The translations under genes and the position numbers were made by a program. From the human T2T-CHM13v2.0 reference genome, Homo sapiens, in assembly GCF_009914755.1 (NCBI RefSeq), contig NC_060926.1: a DNA stretch of 64,000 bases; one strand, given 5' to 3'. Positions 42,071 through 55,411 of the stretch are shown piece after piece. Position 1 is the first letter of the stretch. Each line of letters starts with the position of its first letter. The notes below the pieces were generated by a model that saw only the letters and a list, made by a program, of their open reading frames with translations, was not told where the DNA came from and did no database searches.

Positions 42071-42504
42071 GTCTTTTGTCCGCTCCCAAGAAAGGCCTCC
42101 TATGTACCTACTGACACTCTCACTTTTTACTTTAAAACTTCTCATTTCTTTTTCTCCTGTCCTCAGCACTGGTGATTCCCAGTCCCGTCAACCCTCTGTC
42201 TTTACTGGCAGCTCTGGGTTGAACAATCCAGGCTGCCTTGGAACTTTCTATACAGGTCCTGATTTCCCCAGCTGAACCCAGAGAACATGGAGTTCCCAGA
42301 GCTGGAGCCTGATGAGGCCTGGCTGCACCCCGGGTGTGGCTTTCCTGGGGCTCACCCGTTGACTGGTACCTGGACTCGCTGCCCGGGCTGCTGTCAGTCC
42401 CTTAACATCAGCTTCTGTTAGCGTTTGATAAGCACCAATCAGCAAGGTCAGAGTCAAGGCCACTCTTCCTGTCTTGCAAGCAGAAGGCAGAATCCAGAAC
42501 TGAC

Positions 42505-42606
42505 CTGCTGAGCAGAAGCTGGTGTCCTGGTGGGGCACCTCTCTCCTGTCCTTGAAGTTTCCGGCATGGCGTGGCACAAAGGCAGCACCATATGGGTGGA
42601 AGTAGC
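42505..42606 (-). pseudogene. Candidate heavily decayed exon, 102 nt
   Basis: GYFHPYG...PRHAGNF...FCSAG with AG / GTCAGT ends; most cysteines are lost and the phase does not match the next exon. Confidence 0.4.
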
Positions 42607-44704
42607 CTGTGAGGGGGGCCTCATGGGGTGGGTCCCACCAGGGCTTGGGGTCCTCATCCCCTGGGGAGTCTGCTGGCTGTGGAGGGTGAGCTGGAAGCCT
42701 GGCACCTGGAGTGGCTTCTGGGGGGTCTGCACCATGCAGGGTGAGGCTGGGTCCCACCCCGGGCCCATGTGCCATCACTGCCAGGGAGCAGGGTAGAGCA
42801 GCACAGGCTCTACTCTCTGCTTCTGCACAGTGCTGCTTCCTCTGTGGGGAGCTCTCCCAGCCTGGAAGAAGCCTCCTGGGCTCCTCCCTGAGCAGACAGA
42901 CTCTCAGGGGTGCCTCGTCTGAGCCTCAAGGGCCCTGTCTCCACCCTGATTCAATACTTCCCAGGTCGCAGCTTTAGGGAAGCTCTGGCGTCTGCCTCTC
43001 CCCTGGATGGGGAGCACCTGGACCCTCAGCGCTGCCCCAGGGCCTGGCACATGAGACAGAAGTGGGGGTGCACAGAGGGCCGGAAGGATGCTGGGACCCC
43101 TGTCAGCTCTGCCTCTCTTCCCCTTCTGCCCCTTCAGCCCCTCCTTGTCACTGCAGTGTAACCTGTGGTCCCCTGCAAGACCACCAGACACTTAGCTGAG
43201 GCCCCCACTTCTTATTGACAGGCAAAGCAGCACCAGGGCCTGTTCTTTCCCATGGAGCAGCTCTGTAGCCCATGCCCCCTCCTCTCCAGGGGCCCCCTCC
43301 CAGCCCTGGCACCTGGCCTGTCCCCAACACACACCAGAGTGGGTGGGCAAAGGGAAAGCCGAGGGCCTCAAGGTGGGGGCGGTAATGCCTTGCAGAAGTG
43401 GAGGTGAGTTGATGAGAGAACCTTGATCACATGGTGTCTGAGCCGCTTCCCTCCTGCCCTCCTGTGCTGGGCTCCCCTCCGTGCCTTCGCCGCTGCTGCC
43501 CTGTGGCCAGAGCACTGGGAATGAATGACACATTTCATTTCCACCCTGAACAAAACTGAGGAGGTAAATCTTTTGCCTTTGTGGGGGTGTTGGGGGGGAA
43601 CCTACACAGTCTTAAAGTTAACAATAATGAAAATAACGAATGTTTTGAGATGCCCTTCCCCTCCCCCACCCTTCCTAATCCTCAGGATCTGGAAGGATTT
43701 TCTCCATGGCTCACATCCTCAGAGCTAGTGATTTCCAGCCACATCGTTCCTCTGTCTTGGCTAAAACTCTAAGTTGAATAATCCAGGCTGCCTTTAAACT
43801 TGTACGGGTCCTGATTTTCCTAGCTGAGCCCAGAGAACATGGAATTCCTAGGGCTGGGGCCTGCCAGACCCTGGCTGCACCCCTGAGTGTGACTTTCCTG
43901 GCATTCAGCAGCACTGCTGATGGTCAGCAGGGGTGCCTGGAAGCCCAGCTCCTGGGCTCCTCTCTTCCAGCCACCCCTCTGAGCCTGGGGAGCCCTGGTT
44001 ATTAGAACCCGGCAGTCTCAGGTGTCCGCATTTTCTCCATAACATCGCCTCCCACAGGCTTCAGTGTCCCCCATGGTCCTTGTCACTGCACACCCAGCTC
44101 TGCACAGCAATGCTGTCGTCTGTGCACCTCTGGGTGGGCTGGGATGCCCAAAATCCTCCCTGAGAAGGTGCTTACTTCACATCCACGGTGGCTGGTGAGG
44201 CGACCACTCATCTTTCCTGCCTGTCATCTGTGGGTTGGGAATGAAGACTGACCCAACCTGGCCTCTCCCCAGCTTGCTGCTGTCTGGGTTACCTGCACCC
44301 ACTTCTAAGAACACAGGCAACGGTGGGGCCGTGGAACACTCAGGAGCTGGAGAGGTGGGAAGAACAGGGGCTGCATGTGTTGGGGGCTGCAGGGTCGGCC
44401 AAGGGGCTCCTTACCTATGAGAAATGACAAAGCTCTTGTCTCCGAGGTGAGGTGCTCCATGCCTGTTATTTTCTTTAGACGCAGAGGTCCAGCCCCAACT
44501 GGGAGCTCTGCATTTAAATTGGTAGCTACTAACCAGTCTGGCTCTAACTGCAGTAGCTACCATTTACTGAGTGTTGACTTTGAGCTTTCTATGTAGGACT
44601 TCACCTAATAGAAGCATTCAGGCACTGTTATGATCAATTCCACTTTAGAGATAAGGAAAGGGAGGCCTGAGGAGAGTTAAATACCTTCCAAACTCACACA
44701 GTTT

Positions 44705-46640
44705 GCCATAAGGAAAGTCTTGATAAATTTCAAGAGATTGAAATATTAGAGAGTATGTTTTCTGATCATAATAGAGTTCAGTTAGAAATCAAAGACACCC
44801 AGAAAAGCCCCAAACACTTAGAAATTAAACAACACACACCAAAACAATCCATTAGACAAAAAATCACAGGGAAATTAGAAGCATTTTAACTCAAAGGGTA
44901 ATAATAGAAACACACCATCATAAAGTGTGTGGGATATAACTAAAGCAGTGCATAGATTCAGATTTACAGGATTCAATGTCTAATCAGAAAACAAAGAAGA
45001 TGTAAAATCAGCTATCTACTTTCACCTTGGGAAGCTGAAAAGAGGAGAGCAAATGTAAATCAGGATTAATAAAACAGAAAAATCAATAAGGACAATCAAT
45101 AAAACCAAAAGCTAGTTCTTTGAAAAGGTAAATAACATTGATAAAGCCCTAACTAGACTAATAAAGAGAAAAAGAGAAAAAAATATACCAATATCAGGTA
45201 TGAAAAAGAGCTCTCACTGCAGATGACACACTGAAAGGGCAGTAAACATGTGGCCTGAACCACTCTCTGACAATCAACCTTATACCTAACAGAAAATGAA
45301 CAGATTCCTTGAAAGACACAAATTCCCAAACTGTTGCAAGAAGAAATAGAAAATCTGAATAGCCTTAAACGTGTCAAAGACATTTAATTCGTAAAGATCT
45401 TTCCACCAAGAAATCTCTAAGCCCTATGGCTTTACTAAGCTCTATACAATACTCAAGAGAGAACTCATACCAGACAGACATGAACTCCTCCAGAAAAAGA
45501 GAAGAGCAGGGACTACTTTGCAACTAATTTCCTGGGAAAATTAGTTGAGCCAGTGTTGCTTTGATACCAAAGAGACTAGAAAAAACTACAGAACAATGTC
45601 TCTCATACACATAAGATTAAAAGAAACTTACAAAAATGTTAGCAAATCAAATTCAATGATATGTAAAAATGATAACATCATAACCACATGAAGTCCAGGA
45701 ATGCAAGATTGGTTTAACATCCAAAAAACAATGATACTCACCATCTTATCAGAGCAAAGGAGAGAAAATCCATATGCTTACCCCTATAGGTTCAGGAAAA
45801 CACAGGACAAAATTAAATATCTATCCCTGATAAAACTCAGCAAGAAATAGAAGAGAATGTCCTCAACCTGATTAAAGGCACCCGTAAACTACAGCTAACA
45901 GCAACGTTGTGATTAGAGACTGAATGCTTTTTCCCTAAGATCAGGAAGAAGCCAAGGATGTTCATTTCTATTCAAAACAGTAGTGGAGTCCCTAGACAGT
46001 ATAATAAGGCAAGGAAAAGTAACAAAATGTGAATGGATTGAAAAAGTAGAAGTTGGTCAGGCGTGGTGGCTCACGCCTGTAATCCCAAGACTTTGGGAGG
46101 CTGAGGTGGGCAAATCACCTGAGGTCAGGAGTTCGGGACCAGCCTGACTACATGGAGAAGCCCCATCTCTACTAAAAATACAAAATTAGCCAAACATGGT
46201 GGCGCATGCCTGTAATCCCAGCTACTCAGGAAGCTGAGGCAGGAGAATCGCTTGAACTTGGGAAGCAGAGGTTGCGGTGCGGTGAGCTGGGATTGCACCA
46301 TTGCACTCTAGCCTGGGCGACAAGAGTGAAACTCCGTCTCAAAAAAAAAAAAAAAAAAAAAAAGGGAAAAGTAGAATTTAAATCATCTTTATTCACAGAT
46401 AACATGATTACCGGCAGAGAAGACCCTTAAAAATCTACACAAAAACTACCATAACAAATAAATGAAGTAAGCAAGGTTGAGGGATACAAGGTCAATACAC
46501 ACAAATCACTACCAGCAATGAACAACTGGAAATGGAAATAAAAAATACAGTTCCACTTACAACATCATCCAGAAACATGAACTACTTGGGGATAAATTTA
46601 ACAGGACCTGTACACTGAGAACTGCAACAGTCTGCCAAGA
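44705..46640 (+). mobile_element. Ancient L1M ORF2 fragment interrupted by an Alu
   Basis: A-rich diverged ORF2 sequence (GGAATGCAAGATTGGTTTAACAT; TCTTTATTCACAGATAACATGATT). Confidence 0.85.
46055..46363 (+). mobile_element. AluS with poly(A) and target-site duplication
   Basis: Full dimer flanked by AAAAGTAGAAGTT and AAAAGTAGAATTT. Confidence 0.95.
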
Positions 46641-46934
46641 TTACACCCTAGCCAGGAGCAGAACAGGACTCCAGCCATCCTCCAATGCCCCGTTCCCCAA
46701 CACTCTGCATACTTCTTTCTTCTGCATCATCTCATTTCATTTGTGCCACTTCCTGTGTTGATAGTTCTTTGTGTGTTTGGGCCCAGGGCTAGCTGGGCTC
46801 TACCCCTCAGAGGCCACCTGGGCTCCTGGGGTATGGACAGGCTAGTCCAAACACAGGAGACCCAAGGACCCTCCCAGCTCACTCCAGGGTCTGGTGCCTC
46901 CCGAATGTCATTGGGGAAGCCCAGTCACACCTAC

Positions 46935-47040
46935 CTGAGGGGCAGGGCTGGCAGCTGGGGCTTCTGCCTGTGAAGTAGTGCAGAGAGCACAAAATGCAGC
47001 TGGAGCACTGTGGGCCTGGCTCCTGTTCAGGTGGGCACTG
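46935..47040 (-). pseudogene. Candidate upstream Cys-repeat exon, 106 nt, phase 0-1
   Basis: QCPPEQEPGPQCSSCILCSLHYFTGRSPSCQPCPSG; gtccctcAG / GTAGGT. Confidence 0.65.
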
Positions 47041-49564
47041 CTGAGGGACAACAGGGCCCGGGGTGAGAAGGCAGCGGGATGGTGACTGATACCCAAACCT
47101 GCACATAGCTGAGTCAGGGCCTCAGCTTAGGTGTTCACTCTGCCGAGACTCTTTGTGGATCCCCCAAGCTCTCTGTCCCTCCAACTTCCTCTGAAAAAGA
47201 AAATTCCCTGCACATGGAAGTGAGCAGGAATTAGTCCACGTGGTCTGTGGAGCTTTGGGGCTAAGGAAAGGCTCTCACCTTCTCCTCCAACTCTCTGTGG
47301 CTCTGCAGTCCCAACAGTTGCAGCTGTTCTAGGACACCGCAGGGGCATAGCCAGCTCCCAGGGGGCCTGCCTCGTCCTCCTCTGCACCTGTACTGCACAC
47401 ACGGGGCACCTGGCAACACATGGCATGTGTGGGAATGGCTGGGTCATGAGGCGGCTGCCACGAGTGTGCATATCACTGTGCACCCCACATCTCCATGGCT
47501 TCTCTCCTGAGTGTTGTGTGGGCATGGTCGCTCTGAGCCTCTTCACACTTCCCTGTGCATCTTCCCATTCCATCCCCACAGCAGCCCTGGAGGTGGGTTA
47601 AGCTCATTTCCAGGTTAGGCAAGTCCCGCCGTACAAGGTCAGAATGGGCAGGAGGTGTTGACTGCTCCCCAAGGACAGCATGGACACCTCATGCATACCT
47701 CATAAATGAGGCATGGAGAATGAGGCTTAGTTCTGATCCCCAGAGATTTAGCCTCTTCTGGGGACTTCCCCATAACCTCCTTGCTTCTCTCCCCAGCAAA
47801 GAATGGTTGAGACAGAGCTGCCCTCCCACTGGGGTCACCTGGCAGTCCTCGCTGTCTGTGAGTTCTGGGAGCCGACTGCAGGTGCTGTTGGGGCCCAGCC
47901 ACAAAGCCATCACTCCATTCCAGCAGCTGCAGAGACCAGAGAAAACAAAGTGGCTGAGGAGAAGCCTTGTGTGCCGAGGAGGTGCCCAGCCAGGGCAGCA
48001 AAGATGGCATGGAGGCCCGTCACATAAACCGGCATGTACAGTTGCCTGCCCCACTGCCTGGCTGAATGTTTGCCTGTCCCAACTGGATGGGCTGAGATGG
48101 AGAAAGAAGGGTGTCCCCAACTGGATGACTCAGAGCTGGTGTCAATGCCGAAAGGCCTGAGGACAGGGTCTTTCCACACAGACCTTGGGGTGTCAGTGCA
48201 GGCTCCAGACCAGTGTGATCAATCTGGACTCACCATGGGGGCCCAGGTGGAGGGGTCGGAGCAGTGGGGTCATGGGCAGAGGGATGAACTCCTTCATCTG
48301 GTCCAAGGGTGGAGGCCACAGCAGCAGGAACTGCTGATGGTGAGTGGGGAGAGAATGTCCTTTGGAAGCGGCACCTCTGACCGCCAGCCCCACTTCCCAG
48401 GTGAGGAGTCGCCCAGGTCACAGGACAGGTGAGAGGCAGAGCCAGGCCACAGCTCACTTCTGGCATAGCACCCACCCTCCATCAAGGTCAAAAGTCTCAG
48501 GGGCTATATCCTGGGGTGGGCCCTGGTGGCTCTGGGCACCAGACTCCTGGCACGCATCTCCAGGCAGTGTTCATCCCCCTGGGAGCCCTTTGCACTCAGG
48601 TCCATTGTGGAACGAACCTGCCTAGGCAGTGTTGCCCTTCCCTCCCTCCCCTCCTATCTTCCTGGAACACCGGGATGTCTGCTCCTTACTAAAAGCCCAG
48701 GGGGCACTGCAGGTTGCTCCCAGCCATGGAGTGCTGGCCTGCCAGGCAGACAACAAGGCACAGGCAGTGGCTGTCAGCTCCACCTTGGGGGAAGGGGATA
48801 GCCGTTCCTGCAAAGAGTGAAGAGCCTGTATGAGAGCCCTGCTTCCCGTTCATCTCTGCAGAAGGCCCCTCTGAGCTGGCCATCTCCATTGGTGTGACTT
48901 CAGCCCAACACTGCAATTCGTGACAGCTGTAACAGCAAGCCTGCGCTGAGGACACGGGACGTGGTGGCTGGTGCCGAGGTCGGCTGCTCAGGACACAGCT
49001 GGCATGAATTGCAGGGAGAGAAAAGCAGAGAGGTCATGTAACACAGGCCACAGGCTGGCTGTGAGGCCCAGGAGCCTGGTAACCTAAGCTGGGAGGAAGC
49101 CACAGGGGCTCAGTTATCATCATCACCTCCTAGAGTTTCCAGGAGCTCAGGGCGCCTTGCAATCAACATCATAGAATAGTGGAGCTGACATTTCATCTCC
49201 TGGCACAGAAACACTCTCATTTACACCTGGGGAGGCTGAGACCCAAAGCAGTTGAGTGACCTCACAAAGCTACCCTGAAGCCCTGGAGGGAGGGCTGGCC
49301 TGGGTGCGGGTGCAGTGCATCCAAGCCCCTGTCTGTGCCCTTGGCAAGTCAGGAAGCTTGGTGTGGGCTCCTGCCTCATCCTCAGCCACTCACGCAAACC
49401 AAACCTGTGCTGGGCACGAAGGCAGCTTGTGGCCTCCTTCGGGACTGAAGACCAAGCGAGGGCTGACTGAGCTTTATCTTGAAACTGCTCAGCAAATCCT
49501 TCTGGAGGCCTTGAGAGGCTCCAGGTTCCAGTGGGGAAGCCGCAGGCTTTGGGGACAGACAGAC

Positions 49565-49700
49565 AGATCTGGCTGAAATCCCAGCTCTACCACCCACTTG
49601 CAGTGTGACCTTGGGCAAGTTAGCAACTTCTCTCAGACTGATTTATCACTTGCAAAATTGGGACACGATACCTACCTCTGAATTATAGGCAATAAGTGGA
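49565..49700 (+). mobile_element. MIR SINE
   Basis: AATCCCAGCTCT...TGTGACCTTGGGCAAGTTA core. Confidence 0.8.
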
Positions 49701-49706
49701 AAATAC

Positions 49707-49760
<54 letters not shown>
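49707..49760. repeat. Compound (TA)n(CA)n microsatellite
   Basis: Direct reading. Confidence 0.95.
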
Positions 49761-49762
<2 letters not shown>

Positions 49763-50947
49763 AATCATATGCATTCCTTTGACAAAGCAAAATCCTAGTA
49801 CTTGTGTCATGTGAAGCCCAGGCTTGCTCCCTCCCAAGGAAAGGAGACAGACAATTCACAGAGAAAAGCTAACATCCATTAGGGCATCAGGAACCTCTTG
49901 AGGCTGCATGGGATTCAGGGGCTCCAGAAAAGGTTCAGAGTGGGTGGAGGGAGGGCGCCATCCCTGAGAGCCCCGGAAGGGAGGAAAGCTGTGTGGGAAA
50001 TGCCTCCCTTGGGTCAGGGATGAGAGCTGAAGCCTGAAGACGAGGAACAGAGGGTGGGTCAGAGAAACCCAGAAAGGGGAGGCTGGTGAGCATGTGCCCC
50101 CTCCCGCCCCATCCTCAGGCACCTCCCCAGCAGCAGTGAAGGCTATGTCTTGGTTTCCTACCTGGACCTGATCCTTACTGGAGGCATGCCCTCAGCCAAG
50201 CAATTTACCTCTCTCAGCCTTGCGTCCTCACTGCATAGAGCTGATGAGGCTGACAGAGAACGCAGGTGTAGGCTCTAGGCCCTGTGCAGGGTGTTACTGT
50301 GTTGTCTCGCTGTTGACTCACCTGCAGTGGCGGCAACCAGGAGAGGGACCAGGCCCACCCAGAGCCCAGGCTGTGACATGCTACAGTGGTGGCCAGGAAG
50401 GGCCGGGCCAGTGGATGGGCCAGATCCTGGGCCTGTCTGGGCTGGAGCAGGTGACCTGTGCTGCTGTAATCTGACCCAGGATTCTCCCAGGGCCCCAGGG
50501 AAATGTGACCTCCCTGAGAGCATCAGAAGAGAGAGGGGAGACGTGTTCTGTGTTCTGCTCTCCTGCCCTGTCCTTCCAGAAGAGCCAGACTGCCAGGCTC
50601 CAGTCCCCTGGGAACTTGCCGGCTATGGGGTCTGGGAAATAACTTACTGTTTTGCTGTCTCAATTTCCTTGCCTGGCAAGCAGCGGTGCTGGGACAGCCC
50701 ACCTGCTAGACTGTGGGAGGGCTAAAGGAGGAGTCCTCTGAGTGGGGCCCGCCTGCACAGGCACACTCAGCATCATTACTCATTCACCTTTCAATGCCCT
50801 GGGCATTTATTGGGCACCTGCTGTTTGCCTGCAGAATAGAGGGGCTGTGAGGGGGAGGCAGAGATGCCAAAGTCTGACTCATGTCCCTAAGGGCTTGACT
50901 TAAAGGTCCCGGACTAGCCCCCAGGAAGCAATGATGAACACCTGTAT

Positions 50948-52651
50948 CCCGGCCAAGTTACCTGTCAGAACCTCAAAGCCAGGGGCGGTTTCAGGCCCGT
51001 TTCTGAAACTCAGACCTGACCTGATACTCAGACCTCTCCCAGATTCCAAGGGAGGGCAGCTAGGGCTGCAGGCGAGCAATTATGTGGCCCCACTGTGGGC
51101 CAGGCCCTGTTCTTGGCCTCTTCCCACGTGCAACCCTGCCTAGCGGTGTCCTCTTTGTGAATGCAGGGAGAACAGTGACCTGCATGAGGTGCCCCTGCGA
51201 GCCAGTGGTGGAAGCTGGTCTGTGTGGGGTTGAGTTGAGCCCATGCTGACTCAACACACTTCCAGTGGTGGGGTGAAGACTATGGTTCAATGCTCACTGT
51301 GGCCCGCTCCCCAGGGACCTTCCGGACTCGAATGTAGAGGCCCCTGCATTTGCCCAGAGATGGCCGCTCTGAGACACAGGGACACTGGTGGCTGGACCTC
51401 AGCTGTGGGACTCTCCCTCATCCCATGGCCAACCATAACACTGCCCCTCTGCTCCTCACCCACTAAGGACCATCTCAGAGTTCTGCTTAAGGGTCTACCA
51501 CGTTGTTTTAATTCTCCACTTGCACTCAGTCCCACCATTATTCATCTTATTTGTTTGTTTACAGATTGTCCGTCTTTCTCCACTGGACTCCAAGCCCAGG
51601 AGGGAAGGGACCGGGTTGGTCTGTCCTCTGTGGCCCCAGTGCCTAGCATGGTGCCTGGCATATGGTAGGAACCTAGTGAGTTCTCAGGGAAGGGGTGAGA
51701 GATGCCCCAGCACAACAACTCTGTTAGCCGCAGAAGTTTATTTTTCAGGTTGATATAGACTCCTCGTAAACAAAGCAGATCTGAGTGGAGCAGCTCTGTT
51801 TGGCTTGAAGGCATGTGGGGGCCCAGGGACCCCTGCTGTGCTGAACTTCCTCCATAAGCAGCCCCTGCAAGTCCCATTCACAGCCCCCAGGGTTCAAAGA
51901 ACACAGTTTGAGGAACCACTGGTCTGGGACAAGCTCCTCATTTTCCAGTGGATAAATAGAGGCAGAGAGGTAAGGTCATGTGCTCCAGGTCACGCAGTGA
52001 GAGACATGCTGAGAAGAGTACAGGGTCCCCTATTCTTGCTGTCACCCACGTGGGTGTTTAATCAGCTGTCAGGCCCAGGACCCTCTTTGGACTGGCCATC
52101 CCAACACCTGCCCCGGTCTCCCGGCTCTCAGATGGAGGCCGGAAGTGAGCCCCAGACCTAGCCTCCCCGCTGGAATGCACTCCAAAAGGCATCCTGGTAA
52201 AGAACGAAGGGGCAGGAGAAATACCGTCTCTGTGCTGTGCATCCCACAAAGGCCTGGCCTCTGCCTTGCCAATCAGCATGGCCCCATCTGCTGCACTGCA
52301 TCAAGTAAGTTTACCATCCCAAAAAGAACCCAGGTGTATCTATTTTTATCTACTTGGTAAAAAAATTCCTGGGAATTCATGTAATTGTTCTTAATAATAG
52401 ATAAGAATTGCCAATTAAAACTCAATTTGTAGTGTGGAAAGGGAGGCTGGGAGCCAAGTCTGCCTGGCTAAGGCAGGTCTGTGGAGCAGGGGGCTCACCA
52501 ACACAAGGCCTCAAGAGAAGAAGACCCGGCCAAGTTACCTGTCAGAACCTCAAAGCCAAGGGCAGTTTCAGGCCCATTTATAAAACTCAGACCTGACCTG
52601 ATACTCAGACCTCTCCCAGATTCCAAGGGAGGGCAGCTAGGGCTGCAGGCG
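50948..52651 (+). repeat. Dispersed 127-nt direct repeat pair (50948-51074 and 52525-52651)
   Basis: CCCGGCCAAGTTACCTGTCAGAACCTCAAAGCC...GGGCTGCAGGCG; 5 mismatches by manual alignment. Confidence 0.93.
51530..51680 (+). mobile_element. L2 3' fragment
   Basis: CCCCAGTGCCTAGCATGGTGCCTGGCATATGGTAGG. Confidence 0.7.
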
Positions 52652-52971
52652 GCTGTCTGGCTGCATTTCCTACTTCCCTTTTAATCACTCCTAGGTGCGG
52701 CTTCCGTGTTAGCACTGATAAAATCTGGTTCCCACTCCACACATAAAGCAAAAACTGGTGAGCTTATGGCAGATGTCCAGTGGATGGATGGCTTTTTGTT
52801 AAGGCAACTGCTCCAACAAATTAAGGATGTCTGAATCTAATGGGCTTGGGAAGCAGGAACTGTTTTTTGTTTTTGTTTTTGTTTTTTTAGCTTTTGATGT
52901 GTGAGCCCTGACTTCAGAAGGGGACAGTGAGAATCAGGGAAGGACCCTGGCCATTTCAAGTCATACGGTCA

Positions 52972-53172
52972 TTGTGGTGGTGATGATGTTGGATGATGGT
53001 GATGATATTGGTGATGGTGATTGGTGATGATGACATGATGGTGATGATGAAGATAATGGTGATGGTGGTGGTGGTGGTGATGATGGTGTTGATGATCATG
53101 TTGCTGATATGATGGTGATGGTGATGAAGGTGATAACAGCAATGATGATAATGGTGATGGTCATGACGATGT
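52972..53172. repeat. Degenerate (TGA/TGG)n trinucleotide repeat
   Basis: Direct reading. Confidence 0.92.
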
Positions 53173-53494
53173 TGTAGGACTTTTTCCTTAGTTCAGCTAA
53201 GAGCCAGGTTGTTGTCACAAGGTCATGAGAGATTAGGCTTGCAGACACTTTGAAGAGTGAGAAAAAAGGAGCTTATTGGACAAAAAGGGGAAAAATGGGA
53301 AACAGAGACCCTCCACGAAGCTGGAGTCCCTGCTGGTGCGCTTCCTGCCTTGCAGATCGAATCCCAGTTTCCACCCAGGAAGAGGAGGGGCCAGGCTCCT
53401 CCCCGCTGCAAACAGTGCGAACTTCTGTAACTCCACCCCAGTGTGCAGGCAGGTTGGAGTTTCTCTGCGGACCCCTTCCCACCTGGCTGTCTCA
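53173..53494 (-). mobile_element. Solo ERV1 LTR, MER61-like
   Basis: Reverse complement starts TGAGACAGCCAGGTGGGAAGGGGTCC and ends CCTACA. Confidence 0.78.
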
Positions 53495-54499
53495 ATGACA
53501 ATCATTTCTTGGGGGCTTGCTTTCTTCCAGACATCATATGAACATTACTTCCTCTGCTCCATCAATCATTCTGTGAAGTGTCTGTTATTATGAACTCCAT
53601 GTTATGGATGAAGAGATTGCATCATTTCCCTAAATCACTTTTCTATTGTGAGGCCAAGATGTAACCAAATTCAGGCTTGTCTGTCTTTAAAGCCTGTGAT
53701 TTTAAACACACGGACGAGATTATTATCCTTGGATATACATTTGAATCCCCTTGGAAACTTCTTAAAAATCCAGATATCCAACCCCACGAATCCCCACTAG
53801 TTAAGCACGTCAGCGCTGTGCCCCATCACCTTATCCATACCTTCAAGGTCCCTGTTCCTTCTGAACTGGTTCCAGCTTTGGTTTCAGGAATTTGCAGTAT
53901 CCTGGGGCAGTTGCTGCTGTGCCAAACAGAATGCGAAACTTCTCTTCCCACAGAGAAGAGGTTATCTCAAAAAATAAAAAACAAAACAAAACAAAACATA
54001 GCTTTGCAAAATCAGCAGAAATAAATCTGAAATTAGTATACCCATTAAACCCATCTTTCTTCTGTGTCCTTACCGTCACTAACTGCCGCCAGGAAATGAG
54101 TTGATTTGAAGATAAACCCACCCTCCAGCTTGATTTCTGCACAGAGCCACAATTCTGGTCAGAAGAGGTGACATTTCACCGATTCAGTATTGTCTCACCC
54201 TTTCTGAGGTCTTGCATAGGTTACACACTAGGGTGAATTAGCAGCCCTCATCATGAACGTCTGGAAGCCCTCTTCTTTGGAAAACAATAGTTGTGGTTCT
54301 CATCTGCACACTGGCAAACCAGATAAACTGTTGTGGTTTATATGAAGCGTGATCTGTATCTGCATTCTAAGTGTTGAAAATTACTCTAAAGAGGGCAAAT
54401 TTGTGGTCTGGGATGCTTTCAGATTCTGCTATTTTGAATATTCTTTCAAAATTTAAAAACCATTATCCGATTCAGCAAAAAAGTTGCTCATGTTATGGA

Positions 54500-54833
54500 T
54501 GGATGAGTAAAGTTGTGACATATGTATGCATTGTTTTTCTTTAAAGGAAAATATCAACTATCATTTATATTGGAACTATTCTTATTTGTCAATTGTACCC
54601 ATAGGTTGGCTACAGAAACAATAATTTGTCAAGAATTAACAAAAGCGTTCTTTGAGAATCAAATGGCAATATGGAATTTACAACTAAGAGTATTGTCTAC
54701 TTTATTATTATTTGTAAGTAGTGTGGCATACATTCCTCATATCAAAAATGTTTTACAATGAATGTATGCATATATATGTATATACAATTGTTTTTGGAGA
54801 GCTGGTTGTTACACATACACCAGCACATCACTG
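54500..54833. mobile_element. hAT DNA transposon remnant (MER63-like)
   Basis: Ends GGAGAGCTGGTTGTTA...CCAGCACATCACTG; left boundary uncertain. Confidence 0.5.
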
Positions 54834-55411
54834 TGTGAATCTCAAATGAGTTTCAACAGGCCCCTTAATCTTTGAGATCAATAATGGAGGATCAACTGAG
54901 CTATCTCAAGGTGCTCTGTGAACAAAAGTGTGGAGGAAGGAAAATGACACTGGTTTGGTAAAGGCACCTAAAATGGAGCAGGAAGGCCATTTCAGCTGAG
55001 CCACAGGCACGCCTTAAGGGAAGAATGCATGACGGCCAGAACTCCAGCTGCCTGCCTTCTGCTGAGCTAGGAGGTCCCTGACTACAGACCGCCTTTTTCA
55101 CTGACAAGCAATACCCTGACTTCCGAGACTGCTCTAGAGATGATCACACCAACTGGAATGGCTGAAAAACAACTTTTGTAATTGAGCCCTCTCCTGATTT
55201 GTCATATATTTTTTTGTTTCCAAAGCCTCAGCCTCTCTTTTGTTCTCTGGAACACTTCCCAAGTTAACTTGGAAGTATTTCCCAGGCGATAGCATTTAAA
55301 TTTGGCTCAAATGAATTATTCATTGTATAAGCCCTGCCTCAGTTTTTTTCCAGGCTACAGTGTGATGCTGGACTGGCACACGTAAGGTGCTGCCGTCAAG
55401 ACGGTGCCTCA

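Noticed and set aside
43330-43400. GHYRP-like motif as another exon
   Set aside because: Only one degenerate motif with weak splice signals; not supportable.
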